DNA of 64,000 nucleotides, from the NCBI GenBank assembly GCA_024137785.1, contig JAHRHZ010000070.1:12964570-13028569 (forward strand), written 5' to 3'. The DNA is from Ginglymostoma cirratum. Taxonomy: Eukaryota. The position numbers and the translations under genes were made by a program. The notes under the pieces are model-generated. The model saw only the letters and a program-made list of their open reading frames with translations, was not told where the DNA came from and made no database searches. Positions 25,078-39,289 of the stretch are shown one piece after another. Each line of letters begins with the position of its first letter. The stretch's first letter is position 1.

Positions 25078-27140
25078 TGCAGGAAACCCCTCCAGTCAAA
25101 ACCTCCCTCCTGCTCACGCAGCTATGTAGATGGTCTGCCTTGTGTCATAGAGGACTCCACTCGACCTCTTTTAATGTCACTCAAGCATTACGTTCTGCAC
25201 AACACTACTGCTGACTTGGCTTTTTTCTATCGATTCATTGCCCTTTCCGTCTCCTCCCAGCCGCACAATATTGACTTCTTTGTATATATAACATTGCAAA
25301 GCTTCAGGGAATGAAATCTCCAAGAGCCAACAGTAAGGTGAGAAATAAATTGAACTTTTCACAGTCATCACTCCTAGTGAATCTTAAGAACCAAATCTTT
25401 GGGACAAGTGGGCTAATCTCAATAACCTGGCATTTAGTCTTCCTCAATGCACGAAACATTTATACCACAGGACTGTTTCACCAACAAGAGGAAGACAACT
25501 ACAGCTGTTGGCAGAGATGAAAGATGGCTGGCAACAGATGGTTGTATCTCTGTCACACTTGCCAGCTGTCCACAGAACGTCACCTTATATGAAGATAGTT
25601 GGCAACAAACATTAAAAAAAAACTGAAAAATGTAAAAAAGGAGAACATTTCTATGCTTCCTTCTGAATAGTGGGGAAGCCACAAACAATACAGATCCCAC
25701 GGAAAATATCGAATTGGTGATGACAGCCATCTTTAACAGCCCCTACCATAAGAGCCAGGAATCATGTGGAATGGCCTATAATCAATAGGAGCCCCCATAG
25801 TCAGAAATGTTGGAACAATTGAAACACAGCTGTATTTTCTACTATTAGAGGAGCAAAGAAAAAAAGAGCTGATTTTACTTTGGGAACACGCAGCAGGATA
25901 TTGAGTGCCCTCTGCTCAGCCAGTAAAAACAATGAGCAGCTCCAGGGATCATGTGATTGTAAGTGAATTACAGACCCACAGCTCTTAGTGAAGCAAGCTC
26001 AGCATTAACATGTGACAGCTATCTACGATTTGACAATGCTGTCAGCCGAGATGATAGATGAGAGTTGTCTGCTAATCATCAACACCTTTGTTCAATGTGA
26101 AATGTTGCTTGAATGATGTTTTGTTCTAACTGTTTTTCAAAACCAAGCAAGAGCCCAAATTGAGACATTAAATCAGCATAGTGTTTCAATGCCCAGAAAT
26201 ACCTCCTCGCTGCTGGCATTTTTTGGACCATGTCAGCCAACAAAATGTATATTACTCCAGTGTGGTAGCACGCTGGAGCCCACACAGCTTTCAAGGATCG
26301 TTACTTGGGTGGCTCAGTGCTGCAGTGACCTTGTTAAATCATCTAATGTGCACAGTACAGCTCTATTTGATGGCAGTATATGTGAAAAGTGTGTTGACAG
26401 AAACTTCACTTGGCTGATACTGCAGCAAGTCAGATTGTCTGATCAATCTGACAGACTCATTTATAAACTTTTGCCTATTAGTGCAACTTGGATTCAACTT
26501 AAATTTGCATCTGGTGCCAGCACTGGATTTATGGATTCTCTATTTTTGTTGTTGTTGTATGGTACATTACACCATATTTCTTTCAGAGGCAGACTCAATT
26601 GTTGTAGAAAACGCATCAGAAACAATGCAGCATTTTTTTCAAAGAAAACCAGTTCTTTAAAGCACAAAAAGCCAAGTTCAATATTTCATGCTCAAGTTCA
26701 CAAATTAACGATCGCTCTGCATTTTGCTTTAAAATTCACAGGAATTTGCAGTTCCTGTGCTCGTACACTGTATAAACTAGAGATTGCTCTAATGCCAGAA
26801 TAATGGGGCTATACTTCACAAATTGTCAGTTGCATTTACATCCATGTCAAATGGAAATGAAACCATGCCTGTTCTACTTAGTAGAAAGTTCCAAACATCC
26901 TTGATCTGAAGGTGCAGCAAATACTGAAGAGTGAAGGAAGATCCCATCCACTATAGCTAGTTTCTTACTGTTCATATACAGCTTTACAATCCCAACCATC
27001 TCCTTCTCTTGCCCGACTCAGGGTAGCTCATGGTTTCTCTCACTACACACTATCCCATCCTACTGCTAATTAAGCAACATTAACAGTTTGCAATTACATA
27101 GCACCTTTAACCTAAGGTTTAGGAAAGCAACCCTAGAACA

Positions 27141-27237
27141 TTTCTGAAGAAGGGTCCAGACGTGAAATGTCAGCTTTCCTGCTCCTCTGATGCTGCCTGG
27201 CCTGCTGTGTTCCTCCAGCTCCACACCTTGTTACCTC
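27141..27237 (+). mobile_element. 97-nt Penelope terminal-repeat unit with degenerate hammerhead
   Basis: tttctgaagaagggtccagacgtgaaatgtcagctttcctgctcctctgatgctgcc...ttgttacctc. Confidence 0.82.
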
Positions 27238-27649
27238 AAACTTACAGCCTTGGCCACCAACGATGCACTAATATTAATCAGAGATACTCGGGGCCAGAAT
27301 TAAAGGAACACAGGATGTGGGCAAGGAGGAGTTTACAGAGATAGGGAAAAGTGAAGTATTGGAGGGATCTGAAAACAGATATGAATACTTTAAAACGGAA
27401 ACATTTGTAATCAGGAGTTAATGTAGAGGGAGCACAAGAACAATGGGTTAACAGGGCTCTGATTAAGAAGAAATGTTTTAGATGATATGGATGTGCTGTT
27501 GGGCTATAGTGACTTGAAACAGATTCTGGACTGTTAATTAAATGAAACTTGCATCTCCTTTCTAACAGAGTTTTCCACACCTGGCTTCTGCAATTTCTAG
27601 AATGCAGGAATGTATGAATGATTAAAGATTCAACAGGAGACAGTCAGCC

Positions 27650-27831
27650 AGCCATCTTAGGTTTGTTCACTCCACTCACACCAATTGTATGATGCTTTGA
27701 TCTTTCTGCCCATAAACTCAGTGTCTGTGTGCTCACCTCTCATTGCACCTGACGAAGGGGCTGTGCTCTGAAAGCTTGTGATTTCAAATAAACTTGTTAG
27801 ACTATAACCTGGTGCCGTGTGATTTCTGACT
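27650..27831 (+). mobile_element. Second-family Penelope terminal fragment with hammerhead-like core
   Basis: cacCTGACGAaggggctgtgctctGAAAGCTTgtg with palindromic AAGCTT stem III; stem I cac/gtg. Confidence 0.7.
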
Positions 27832-29522
27832 TAGATGATATGCAGTTTATGAAGAGTAGAATGTGGTAGGCCAGTCAGGAATTCATGGGAATAGTAATTT
27901 AGATGTTTCATCAGCATCTGGGCTCAGGCAATGACAGTCATGGGATGCTTTGGTGATGGTGCAAATATACGGCTCAAAACTCAACACAGAGGCAAGTATT
28001 TCACCAAGACTGAGGACAGTCTGATTGACCCAACAGACCGTTGATGGAGAATCTCAACAAAGGTTCTCTTTAGTATTGCATATTATGCTTACCTTATATT
28101 CACCTTAGGGTGCTCACTGACTACTATCCCTCTAACTCTCTATTTCCTATCAAGTCATTCTTTAAGAGCTTCCTCAACCTTCAAGCTTTTGTTTAGCTGT
28201 CCTGATATCTCTGTATCTGATTCAGTGTTAAATTTTGTCTGAAAATACTCCTGTGAGGCACCTTGAGATATTTTTAAAGGCACTATATAAATGCAAGCTG
28301 TTACTCTTGTTGAGCATTCATGTGTTTGCTAGAATAGCCTGAAATGGCTGCTGAATGAAATATTTAATGTTCAATAAACTCAGGCCTTGTCCTGACAAAT
28401 TGAGAGGATGGCTGTCAAAGGTGACTCTTCCAGCCATTACATTTCAGCTGCATTGGAGCACTTAGCTAACCGAGTTCCATTATTTCTGAAATCCATTCAG
28501 TAAGAATCACTGGCTGACTTAACTGTTGTGCACTCTTATTATTTTGAAGAGATGCTTTGAAAGCTTTTGATCGTTTTCAAAGTAAACCCAGCTTTCTACA
28601 CTTGGCGCTTTATTTTGAGAAAACAAGAGCAGCCCTTAAAGCTGTAGGTTTTGTTACAATCAAGGGCCTCAAAGGATCAATCCTGCAGTATATTTCTCAC
28701 AGTTCAACACCACCATAAAACTTTACACTTCAATACTTTTACTACAAATTGTGTTAAACTAACAGGCCAGTTACACTCTGCAATTTGCATCAATTGTGAA
28801 GCAGCTTTGGCTTCAAGCTGACGTGAACTGCAAACTTCAACACTGGAACAAAGTTGTCCAAATTGGACTGAGACCAGCAGTGTGCTTGGGCCTTGAGGTA
28901 GTGTGCTTTCCCACTGTTTCAGTGTCCAGCAGCTGCACTATAATGTGGTTAGTACGAAGGGAATTCTAAACATATCCCTAATGGTTGGACTGACTGCTGG
29001 GGAACTTCTTAAAAAAAACTTTATTTCCACCTTTTAATGCAAGCAACTATCCCGTTGGCTCTTAGTTACCATTAAAATTTAACTGGTGTTTGAATGCCTG
29101 TAAGCAGAGCTCAAGTGCTTCAGCTCTTCTGGCTAAGGAACAGTGTGGATTCAGCTGCACAACTTGCATTGCTGATCCCTTAACACTTTGACCAGGTAAT
29201 TAACTCAGACTGCTATCTGTAATATCACGCTGCACCCAAAAGTCCAACACCATTGCTTTTTTAAATCTGAATGAGAAGGACCAGCTCTTTAAAAATCTGC
29301 TTCTTAATTAATTGAAGGGATGCCTTCATTTCACATACAATTCTAATGTTGTTACTTGCATTTTACTTTGGCCACGTTGAGCCACAGCAGCAGACTTATT
29401 AAAACACACAGCATGTGAGATCTTCAAATGCCCAAAGGCTTGACCAAACCCTGCTAAGCTTTGGGTTTTAAAAGACCAACGGATCTGTCAATGAGTGATT
29501 TACAGTGAAGGGTCTATTTTTA

Positions 29523-29795
<273 letters not shown>

Positions 29796-30315
29796 TCAAT
29801 AGGTTATAAGGCATAACGGAAGTTATTGAACAGTCAACATTAGCTTTAAGAAACCGGAAATTGTTACGTATTAAGATTTTGCTTTAACTTATTACATATT
29901 TCAGTGCAAAGTGCAAAGCATAGCAAGCAAGTAGAAGTTATTATTTCTTTTACAACCCCTGAACTCTGTCTTCAGAGCAAATCTAGCAAAAATAAACAGT
30001 TTGAAAGAAGGTTTGATCTGAAGTCTTGTTTTGATTTTTTTCCCCCTCTATTCAGGCTTTCTGCGAGAGCTGTGGAAAGAACTGTCAATCAACATGACAG
30101 AGGTTGATGAATAGGCTGAAGCTGCAGAAATGAACTGCAAGCAAAATACTATGGAAACAGCTGCAAGGACAGAACAGTGAGGTCAAAGAGCAAGAGATAT
30201 TCTGTGAAAATAATAATCGTTAAAAATAAATTAGAAGGACACAACTAAGGCAGCCAACCTCAATCATAGCCAGCAAAAGAAAGACACTAACACTGGAGAA
30301 ATCTCTCTCAGCCAA

Positions 30316-30352
30316 ATGAAAAGAAGTAGTGATGAGTGAAGTGAAACTGTGG
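30316..30352 (-). promoter_or_regulatory. YCAY cluster (putative NOVA-binding intronic splicing enhancer) downstream of the Ca27-type exon
   Basis: Minus strand reads ccacagtttcacttcactcatcactacttcttttcat: six YCAY tetramers 25-60 nt after the donor. Confidence 0.6.
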
Positions 30353-30376
30353 ACAAAGGAGAAAGGGGCTGCTTAC

Positions 30377-30460
30377 CCAACTCAGTTATCATTGGTATGT
30401 TGGCTCCAATGTTTTTTTCCTGACTGAATGAAACCAAAGGGAGCAATTTGCCAGGTTTAA
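30377..30460 (-). CDS. kcnma1: kcnma1 alternative Ca27-type exon (V)KPGKLLPLVSFSQEKNIGANIPMITEL, 84 nt (28 codons), phase 1-1
   Basis: Resembles the mammalian Ca27 insert AKPGKLPLVSVNQEKNSGTHILMITEL. Polypyrimidine tract ending tcattattag, donor G|gtaagc; frame-preserving; lies just before the Ca-bowl exon. Confidence 0.93.
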
Positions 30461-33400
30461 CTAATAATGAATGAGAAATTGGTAAACAGGAGAGTACAAA
30501 GGCACAAAAAAAAACATACAGGTAATAATTTCAAAGAGCACCAAAATACAGAACCAAGTTCATTAAATATTTACTATCACAAGAAACAGTTTCTAAGCAA
30601 AGAATAGCTTTTCATTAAGTAGATATCAAAGACAACAGGATTGAGCATACATTAAAAAAGCAGTAAAAATCTTTGTTTGAACATCTTTAAGAACCACTAT
30701 ATATCTTTGCTAGCCACATGGGAAGGTTTGTTTTTGACATATTCTTCCAATTTTCTCTAGTCCTTTCTTGAAGGTACCGAATCACAAATCAATAGCACTG
30801 CCCATCTTGCCACACTTCATCCACATGGTACTTAATTTTTGAGGCCAGTGGGTAAAGCAGGTTGCTCATTTAAGGGATATCACAGCCAAATTTGACATGG
30901 TTTATGTCAATGTAAAGACTTGACTATTCAAAGGAAACATACTGGAGAACGAACAGAAGCAGCGATACTGGCTGACAATTTCCCTTCCTAGTTTTCTCAG
31001 CTGAAATCAACAGATGCCACAGATGGGAATGTGGTGCAAGATCTTTATACTGTAGGTGGTAGAACTACCTGGATGAATTTTCCCCTGTTAACCACCTTCC
31101 CCACCCCCTCCCCCTGCCTCCCCCAACTCAGAAAATACAATACTTTTAAAGAAAACGCTTGTTGTCCTTGAAAGAAAAACTTCAAAGAAGTTATTATTAT
31201 GAAAATTACCATTGTCAGTTAGTTTCTGTCAGCAGAAATCACACATCATACATGTATAAACAACCCCTGCCAAAATGCGCAATATTTAATAGTCAGGTGC
31301 TCAGTGACTTGCTTTGCTACTGAGAATACAGATTGTGTGTGTCAGTTTGTGTGAACTTGAGAAAAATACCAAGGATGCATTCACACAGTGTGAATATTTT
31401 AGATGGGAGTGTGCTATTTATTGTCCACACAATATTGACAGCTAAGGGCTCATGTTGGAGAATGATTAAGTAATGGTGGCCTCATCACAGGAAAACATGC
31501 ACAACTAAGGACATTCATCTCTGTTTACCAAAGGAGACTTCGTGTCTGGACAAAGTAGCACTTGGCTCAAATGCCCGACTAGTAATTAATTTTATTTTCT
31601 CACTTCAGGTGCCTCCTGGCTAGAATTCAGTATGGAACAGGATGCCACCTGAAATGTATTAATGCCTGTGGCCACAACCAGTGAACGGATCTCTGATGAG
31701 ACACTGAAGTTCTCCCTTAAACAAACATTTTGGAAAACCTCTCCAACAATAGAGATGGAATCTATTTATGTGATGACAATAGAATGGAAGGGACAGTACA
31801 ATATTCTATTTGTAAGTCAAAAACAAAATAATAATTGACAGCTACTTCATATGTATGTGTATGATTCAGATATAATGGCACATTTAATTCAATGACCACG
31901 TCTTTACTCATTAGAAAATTCAAAATCCCTCTTTCTCTTCACGTTCAACAGGTTGCTTTCTTCAAAACTCCTTCATTGGGGATGAAATATTAAATCAGTG
32001 AACATAGTCTTGAGTGAACATGCACTCCCATTACTCCGACTTGAAAATATTTTGTCAAATATCCAGTTGTCAGCTGTGGGAGAAGAGTTGCTCTGAGGCC
32101 CTCATTGCTTTAGTATATGCACTAACTAGATAGTGCATTCATAAAGCACCCACATGCAGCAGTGATCTGAGATGAAAAACTAGCTTCCATTGTAGCATTA
32201 TCAAACCAGGTGAGAAACCTTTTGTAGCTCACCCAAGTGTGACAACAGCAATTTGATGTCATTTAATATCTCTGCAATTTTTGCAAGATGACAGGACCCA
32301 AGACACCAACTCTATCATGTAAAGCAGAGATGAATATGCAAGTGCTGAAGCAAAGAGTGCATAGATTTTGTATTAGGTTGTTTCGACACAAACAATTACA
32401 GAGAATATATACAGAAGTTTTAGAATTATGGCAAAACTGCTAAATTTACACAGCATTGTGATATTAGTACGTTAGAGAAAAGGGTACTGCATGCTACATG
32501 TGTATTGTAATATACCCACATTGGACATGTGGTCAGGTCATCAATACATTACAAATGATCTGGACTGTAGATACAAAGAACAATAAATCAGCTAGAAAGA
32601 AAAGCACAAGGGGAAAGTTCACATTGATAAAGATCGAAATGGACACTTTTGCTTTGCCGCAGCCAGTCTCTTAGAGGGTGGACATGAAAATACCTGTATT
32701 ATAAAAAGGGACACTGTTAATTCTAACATATACATAGGATCCAAGTTTTGATTAGTAAGAGATTGATTTTGCTTATGGAAACTGAGGTTCATTGGTAAAT
32801 TCATAGAAATGTCTCGGCAATGGCATGTTAACTTCTCAAGTCAACTCCAGGATGGCATGTGAATCTAAAATCAGATGGGAGGTTAACATGCTAGTCAGAA
32901 GTTGTTTTCCCTGGAGCCTAAAGATTAACCAGTCTGTCTCTGTTACGTTGGAAGTCAAAAGGCTATAAAAAACCACAGATGACTGTAAAGAAAATTAGTT
33001 CTGGATCAAGACTGTAGAACAGAACGCAAATGAATTATTATGTTAAAGTCAAGTAAAATGGCTCACAAAAGTCAGACAGCATTGTGAATTAATTATTTTA
33101 ATATATCATTAGACAAAGCTAAGTTGAATCTGATTTTAACATGCTACTACGTATGTTTACCACACTGTGACAAAAAGGAACTTAATGATTCAAGCAAAGC
33201 TATGTTTCAGCTTGTTTGCCTTGGACTTCCTTTAGCGAAACCGATGAAACATACATGCAAAATAGAACGGTTCCAAACCAATGAACATAGGTGTTTAATT
33301 GTTATCTTGCAGATTAGGGCACAAGTGAAAACAGGGCAGTGCAAATCAAATCTCTGTTGCAAATATCTAACTCCTGATTCATGTCTTTTTGGTATTTAAC

Positions 33401-33534
33401 TTTCAATTTTAGGAATAAAAGCTGAAAAGTTAAAAAAATGCAATAAGTGCAACTAAAGCATTAGAAATGGTGCTTGAACAGGTTAGACACATTTGTATAA
33501 CTGAATTAAGCTAGAAGAGATTGTTTTGGGATTT

Positions 33535-34345
33535 TATATTCATTCAGGAGGTGTGGATTTCATTGCCTGGACCAACGTTTATAGCCCAACTCTACGAGAA
33601 AGTGGTGGTGAGCTGCCTTCTTGAACCATTGAAGTCCATTTGGTGTGTATGTAGCTACAATGTTGGTATGGAGAGAATTCCAGGGTTTTGACCCAGTGAA
33701 ACTGAAGGAGCAGCAATACACTTCCAAGTGAGAAAAGTGAGTGGCTTGGAGAGGAACTTGTAGATAGTCTTCCCATGCATCTGTAGTCCCTGTCCTAAAT
33801 GATAGTAGTCGTGGGTTTGGAAGTTGGTGTCTAAGAAGCCTTGGTGAATTTCAGCAGTGCATCTTATAGATGGTCCATACTGCTACGACTGAATGTTGGT
33901 GATCGAGAGTGTGGATATTTTTGGATGTGGTGCTAATCAGGTGGGTTGTTTTGTCTTAGATGGTGTCAAATGTCATGAATGCTGTTGAAGCTGCACTCAC
34001 CCATGCAGGTGAAGAGTATTCCAACACATTCTTGACTTTTGCCTTGTAGACAGTGAACAAGCTTTGGCAAATCAGGAGGTGAGTTATTTACTGCAGGATT
34101 CCTTTGACCTGCTGTTGTAGCCATAGTATTTATATGGCTAGTCCAGTTCAGTTTTTGATCAATGGTAACCCCAAGGGGGTCAATAATGGGGGATTCAGAA
34201 ATGGTAATGCCATTGAATGTCAAAGGGTAGTGGTTAGATTCTCTCTTATTGGACATGGTCATTGCCAGGCACTTGCATAGCATGACTGTTACTTGCCGTT
34301 TGTCAGCCCAAACCTGGATATTATCCAGGTCTTGCTGCATGTGTT
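33535..34345 (-). mobile_element. 3' fragment of the same CR1-group family as 51056-54253
   Basis: ORF 33966-34379 (MQQDLDNIQVWADK..ITISESPIIDPLGVTIDQKLNWTSHI) is homologous to 53440-53650; shares the 3' tail. Confidence 0.9.
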
Positions 34346-37300
34346 GTGAAGATTTGATGTGCATCTCACAATTCTGCACCTGAGCTTGTTATCAAGTGGG
34401 TTTGAATAGAAAAAAAGTGAAGTCATGAGCTACGTTCAATTTTAAAATGATTTTGCTAAAGATTGTACTATACAGTTCAAGTATTCAAAAGACTGAGGGG
34501 GACTGGTTAGTTCAATTGGCCAGATGGCTACAGTATGGTTCAGGATAATGCCAACAGCACAAGCTCAATTCCCATTCGAACTGAGGTAGACTTGGAACCT
34601 ATCTTTGCTCCAGCCCCATGCTTGACATGATGCCCCTCAAACTATGCAACCAACTGTTTCCCTTCATTAGAGATGCCTACAGTCCCTCATGACCTGTGGC
34701 TTATTATCTACCTACATGGCTTCAGTAAGGGGAATTGAATCAACTATTGATTCAGCTAAGAGTGGAAAAATGCATATTCAGGTCCGAAAATGACACAGGA
34801 GTTATCAGTCACATATAGTCCCAAAATAAAGCTAGGGGAATTGGCTGAGCACATGTTCATCTAGTTTCTACATTTCTAAGTGGTTACTATATAGACTGAC
34901 AAAATCAAGTTGCCACGGCAGATAAACACCACCATATGAAGCTTTGTCAGGGCTATTGAATAAAACTGTTTTCGCTAAACCTGCTGCATTACAATAAAAG
35001 TAAAGTTCACTCTTTGTTTTGTACTTCATATATTATATACAAATAATACATTTATGGTCATTAAAATAATTAAGAAGAAAAAGCTGCAAGATCTTTTAGA
35101 TATTATTCATTAATTAAAAGCATATTTCATGTACTTCCCAATATTCTGAGAATTTGTCTGAAAAATAATATAGATAACGTTTTCCAGGGATTATAAATTA
35201 AGCGTCTCTACACCAAGAATTACCTTCCCCCAGTCCTTCGATATATATTGTCTACTGTTGCCTTTCATGTTGTTTCTTAATTAGGTTCAAGCAACCCTTC
35301 ATCTTAACTTGATTTTCAATCTCTAATTTTTTTAATGACATTTGTGAGAGGCAGCTGCACTGGAACTGAAAGTGCTTCACTTTCAACATCAAGTGCTGCT
35401 AGGTCACATGGAGCACAGGTAATGAGTTAACAGGATATAAAACTCCCTCTCGTTCAACTAACAATAGGAGCTGACTGCCTCTGTGCACTAGTTACAGTAA
35501 AAATCATAAACTTTTTCATGACTTCATTGGATTATTGTGAGGAGAGAATCTCTCCGAACTTTTGAGAAAAATTGTATCATTTGGATAGGTACATGTATAG
35601 GAAAGGTTTGGAGGGATACAGGCCAGGAGCAGGTAGGTGGGACTAGTTTGCTTTGGAATTATGTTCCATATGGATTGGTTGGACTGAAGGATCTGTTTCT
35701 GTGCTGTGTAACTGCATGACTGTGTCAAGGCACGATTTCTTCTTGTTGATCTAACTATTTCCATTGGGCTGGCTGTTGTAGGCATTTAAGAAATTAGAAC
35801 ATAGAACAGTACAGGCCCTTCAGCCCATGATGTTGTGCTGACCTATTATCCTACTAAGGTCAATCTACCCTACCCTGCATATTTTACGATCCTCCATGTG
35901 CCTATCCAAGAGTCACTTATAAGTCTCTAAAGTATCTGACTCCATGATCACTGCCGGCAGTGTATTCCACACGCCCACCACTCTCTGTTTGAAGAACCTA
36001 CATCTTGACATCACCCCTATACCTTCCTCCAATTACCTTAAAATTTATTTCACTTTCATCCTCTTGCTCACAATAGGGTGAGGCTCTCATCTTGGCAAAC
36101 TTTGATCTAGAGGTGACTATTAGTCCAAAATGTATTCTGTGCCCTGTGAGTTGAATCTTTGTCAACTAGTTTCATGCTGGAAACTGCTAAAGGTTAATTA
36201 AGGATGAATTCCCCCAGGATGGTCTAATCTCTCATGGGGATGCTGCTACTCACCTAGAAGCAGCTTCTCAGTGAGGCGGCTTGGGTCATTGCAATCTGAG
36301 ATCACACCAACAGAAAATGCCGCACTGACAGTGCCTGCTGCTGGGAGGCATTACACCTCCGAATCATTGAGGTGTGCCCGCCTGGCACCAGCAGTCAAAA
36401 TTATCTTCTATCTCCTCTGGGAGCGCACTAATAAATGAACGTGTCCTCTTATTACCCTTGCAACCTGAGCAGCAGCCAAATCCCTCTGCTGACCCATTGA
36501 TTGGGCTGGCAATGAGACCAGCAAGCCCATCATTCTTTACTGAAGCAGCCAATCAAGAATACAGCACCACGAAGATTGCTGTCATGGCCCCACTGCCTGC
36601 CTGAATGGGCTTAAAAACCTCATTTGGTCCTGATTTGGGGATGAACCCTGCTTGGAAAATCTCTGTTTAGATCTCTATTCCCCTAACCAGTCACAAGTCA
36701 GAAAGAAATACAGTGAATGATAAAGAAGGAAATCAGGTGAGTTAGATATCAGATCAAATTAGATAAAGGAAGTGAAATAAAGAGACCAAAAAAAAAGTTG
36801 GATCGAGAAAGATAAAGGAGAAAGACTTAACATTTAAAATACCTCTAACAACAATTTCCAACCTGTCAGAGTGAGACTGCAGAGTTTCACTTGCTCCCTT
36901 TGTGGGAATCCATGGCTGAGTCAGGACAACAAATGCCCTAATAATAGTCCTTATGCTCTGAAATAGCAGCCCTAACTATCTGCAGAAAATTTAATTTGTA
37001 TATATGGTGCAATGTGTTGTTGACTAGCTCCCATTTTGTGAGGCTAATGGCTTAAATTGCTCAGCATTTTGTGGCAATTTGCAATTCATTGCGTATCTCT
37101 TCTTGCCTCAAATTGCTGGCTTATTTACATACTATTAACTGCATGTGCCTTACTTTCCCAGGAAAATCTGGGTCAAAGCTATTCACTATGTTGCCCAGGC
37201 AACTTTGCTCATTAATGCAAAGACTCCAGAAACTATTGTACCTTTAAAAGAAAGTCAAAAGGTTGCTGTATGTTTTCATCATGATAACCAGGTCCCACAC

Positions 37301-38934
37301 AAAAAAGGAAGAAGGATTATTACAATTATTGAAGATTTCATGTGACATGTTTAATATATCCTGTTCAGAGCCTTTATCATAACTAACTACAATTATATCC
37401 TAGTGAACTTGCAGTAATCATGTCACAGTGGTTAACCTCTAGTGCAAATACTGACATAAATGACTGCACTTCAAAAAGTAGTTCATTGTGTGAGACACTT
37501 CATAGATATTTTAATGTGGGAAGGTTTTAAATGTGAGTCTTATTCCTATAGTGTGGAAATTAATCAAGGATATGAAGCAGATTGCCAGCACCAGCACTGA
37601 AATAAAAAGAACAGTATAGAGGGAAAATATTCTGAATTTCTACTTGACTATGTACAACTTCAACACAATTTATTACAAAATAACAATATAAAGTTAACAA
37701 TCTGTTTGTAAGTGGTTAAATCAGCTAACACGAGCAATATTAATTAGATTTAGCTAAACGTGCTGGTTAAGTGTTGCTTCCTGCACACATTTTTCTCTCA
37801 AAACAAACGAAATAAACATACCATAAATATCCAGACCTACTTATATGAGCATGGCCTATTTATTCAAGGATTGCAGATGGTTGTTGGAGGGAACTTTTAC
37901 TTAGGACAGATATGGCATTAAAGGTTTCATATCAGTCCAGCTACCTCTTCCAATTTCTCTTCCCGATGACTTCAATGGAAGAGATTCTGGAGAGATTTAC
38001 AATGAATGATCAATTCACTATTACTCATTTTGCACTACCATTGTAAGTTAAAATGAGACCTGTTAATTAGGAAATAAGATAACAAAGGACTTGGAATATC
38101 TTGAAGACCAAGGAAGAGAAATAAATTCAAAGCAAGACAGCACTTTTCTCAAGCTTGTGTCAATCGGAGAAATTATTGGGCAGAAAAGTTATATCTAGCC
38201 CATCAACATGGTCATTTTATGCATAACTTGTTTTATATTTTATGAGGAATTCATGAAAGAAAACCTGTAATTTGTTACAATCAGAGCACAGTTTTATGCT
38301 TGTGATGCGAAAGTTACACAAATTTGATCTCATTGCACTTGAATGTTCATTAGTCTTTTTCAGCAGACTGAAGAGGTACGCATCGTGACACAGGGTGGAT
38401 TACTGATTTCAATTCAGATGTCAAGACGCTTTATTGTTTTGGTCCTTGGATTTCATCTTACGACAAATCATTAGGCAGTAAAGATCAACCTCAGACTGTA
38501 GAAGTTAAAAGATTCAAAGGACTGGTAAATTAAACCTGAGAAACTGTGTGATGCAGGCCCAACATTTGTAATATTGCCTTATTGCAAATATCAATTTGGC
38601 AGTAATTTCACAAAAATAGTTTTTTCCAAAGGCATTTCTTACTCATGCAGGACACTATTTACATACTTTGAGGCCAAACTCATCCTTTGCAACACTGGGG
38701 ACAGATAGAACCTGGGTACACAGTGACACTTTGCGTACCAACAGTCTATGCACAGCTTGATGTAGCCATACATAAAGGTGCCTTTTCCCTCTTATTCAGA
38801 GTTTGTACATGGTGTCAACGTGCCCATGGCCCATCTTTGACCTCCAGATGAAGTGCAAGATGGCTCAGGTGACTGACATAATTGATAATTTCTAAATCAC
38901 AACATCAGGCATAACACATTTCCATAGCACAAAT

Positions 38935-39255
38935 ATAATGATAACATTTCCTACTGACCTACATTTTACCATCATTAAGGTATGAAAGGAAGTAGCTAAA
39001 GTGATAGTGAATGCACTAGCGGTAATCTTCCAAAAATCCTTAGATATGTCCTAGGGGACTGCAAACTACCAATGTAACACCTTTATTTTAAAAGGGAAGC
39101 AAATAGAAAATAGGCAACTATAAGCCAGTTAGATCAGCTGCCTGTTGATGGAAAAATGATAAGAGTCTATCACAAAGATGTAAGAGCATGAGCCAACATG
39201 GCTTCATGAATGGGAACTTGTGCCTGACAAATTTACTAGAATTCTTTGAGGAATT
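38935..39255 (+). mobile_element. CR1 RT fragment
   Basis: Degenerate KEVA..IV.AL.VIFQ.SL, NVTPLFK, NYKPV, QHGFM and CLTNLLEFFEE coding sequence. Confidence 0.75.
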
Positions 39256-39289
39256 CGAATTTAAACTTAGAATTCTTAGGCCATTCAGC

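Noticed and set aside
26189-26803. 204-aa plus-strand ORF
   Set aside because: No recognisable domain, antisense within a kcnma1 intron, AT-rich non-coding composition.
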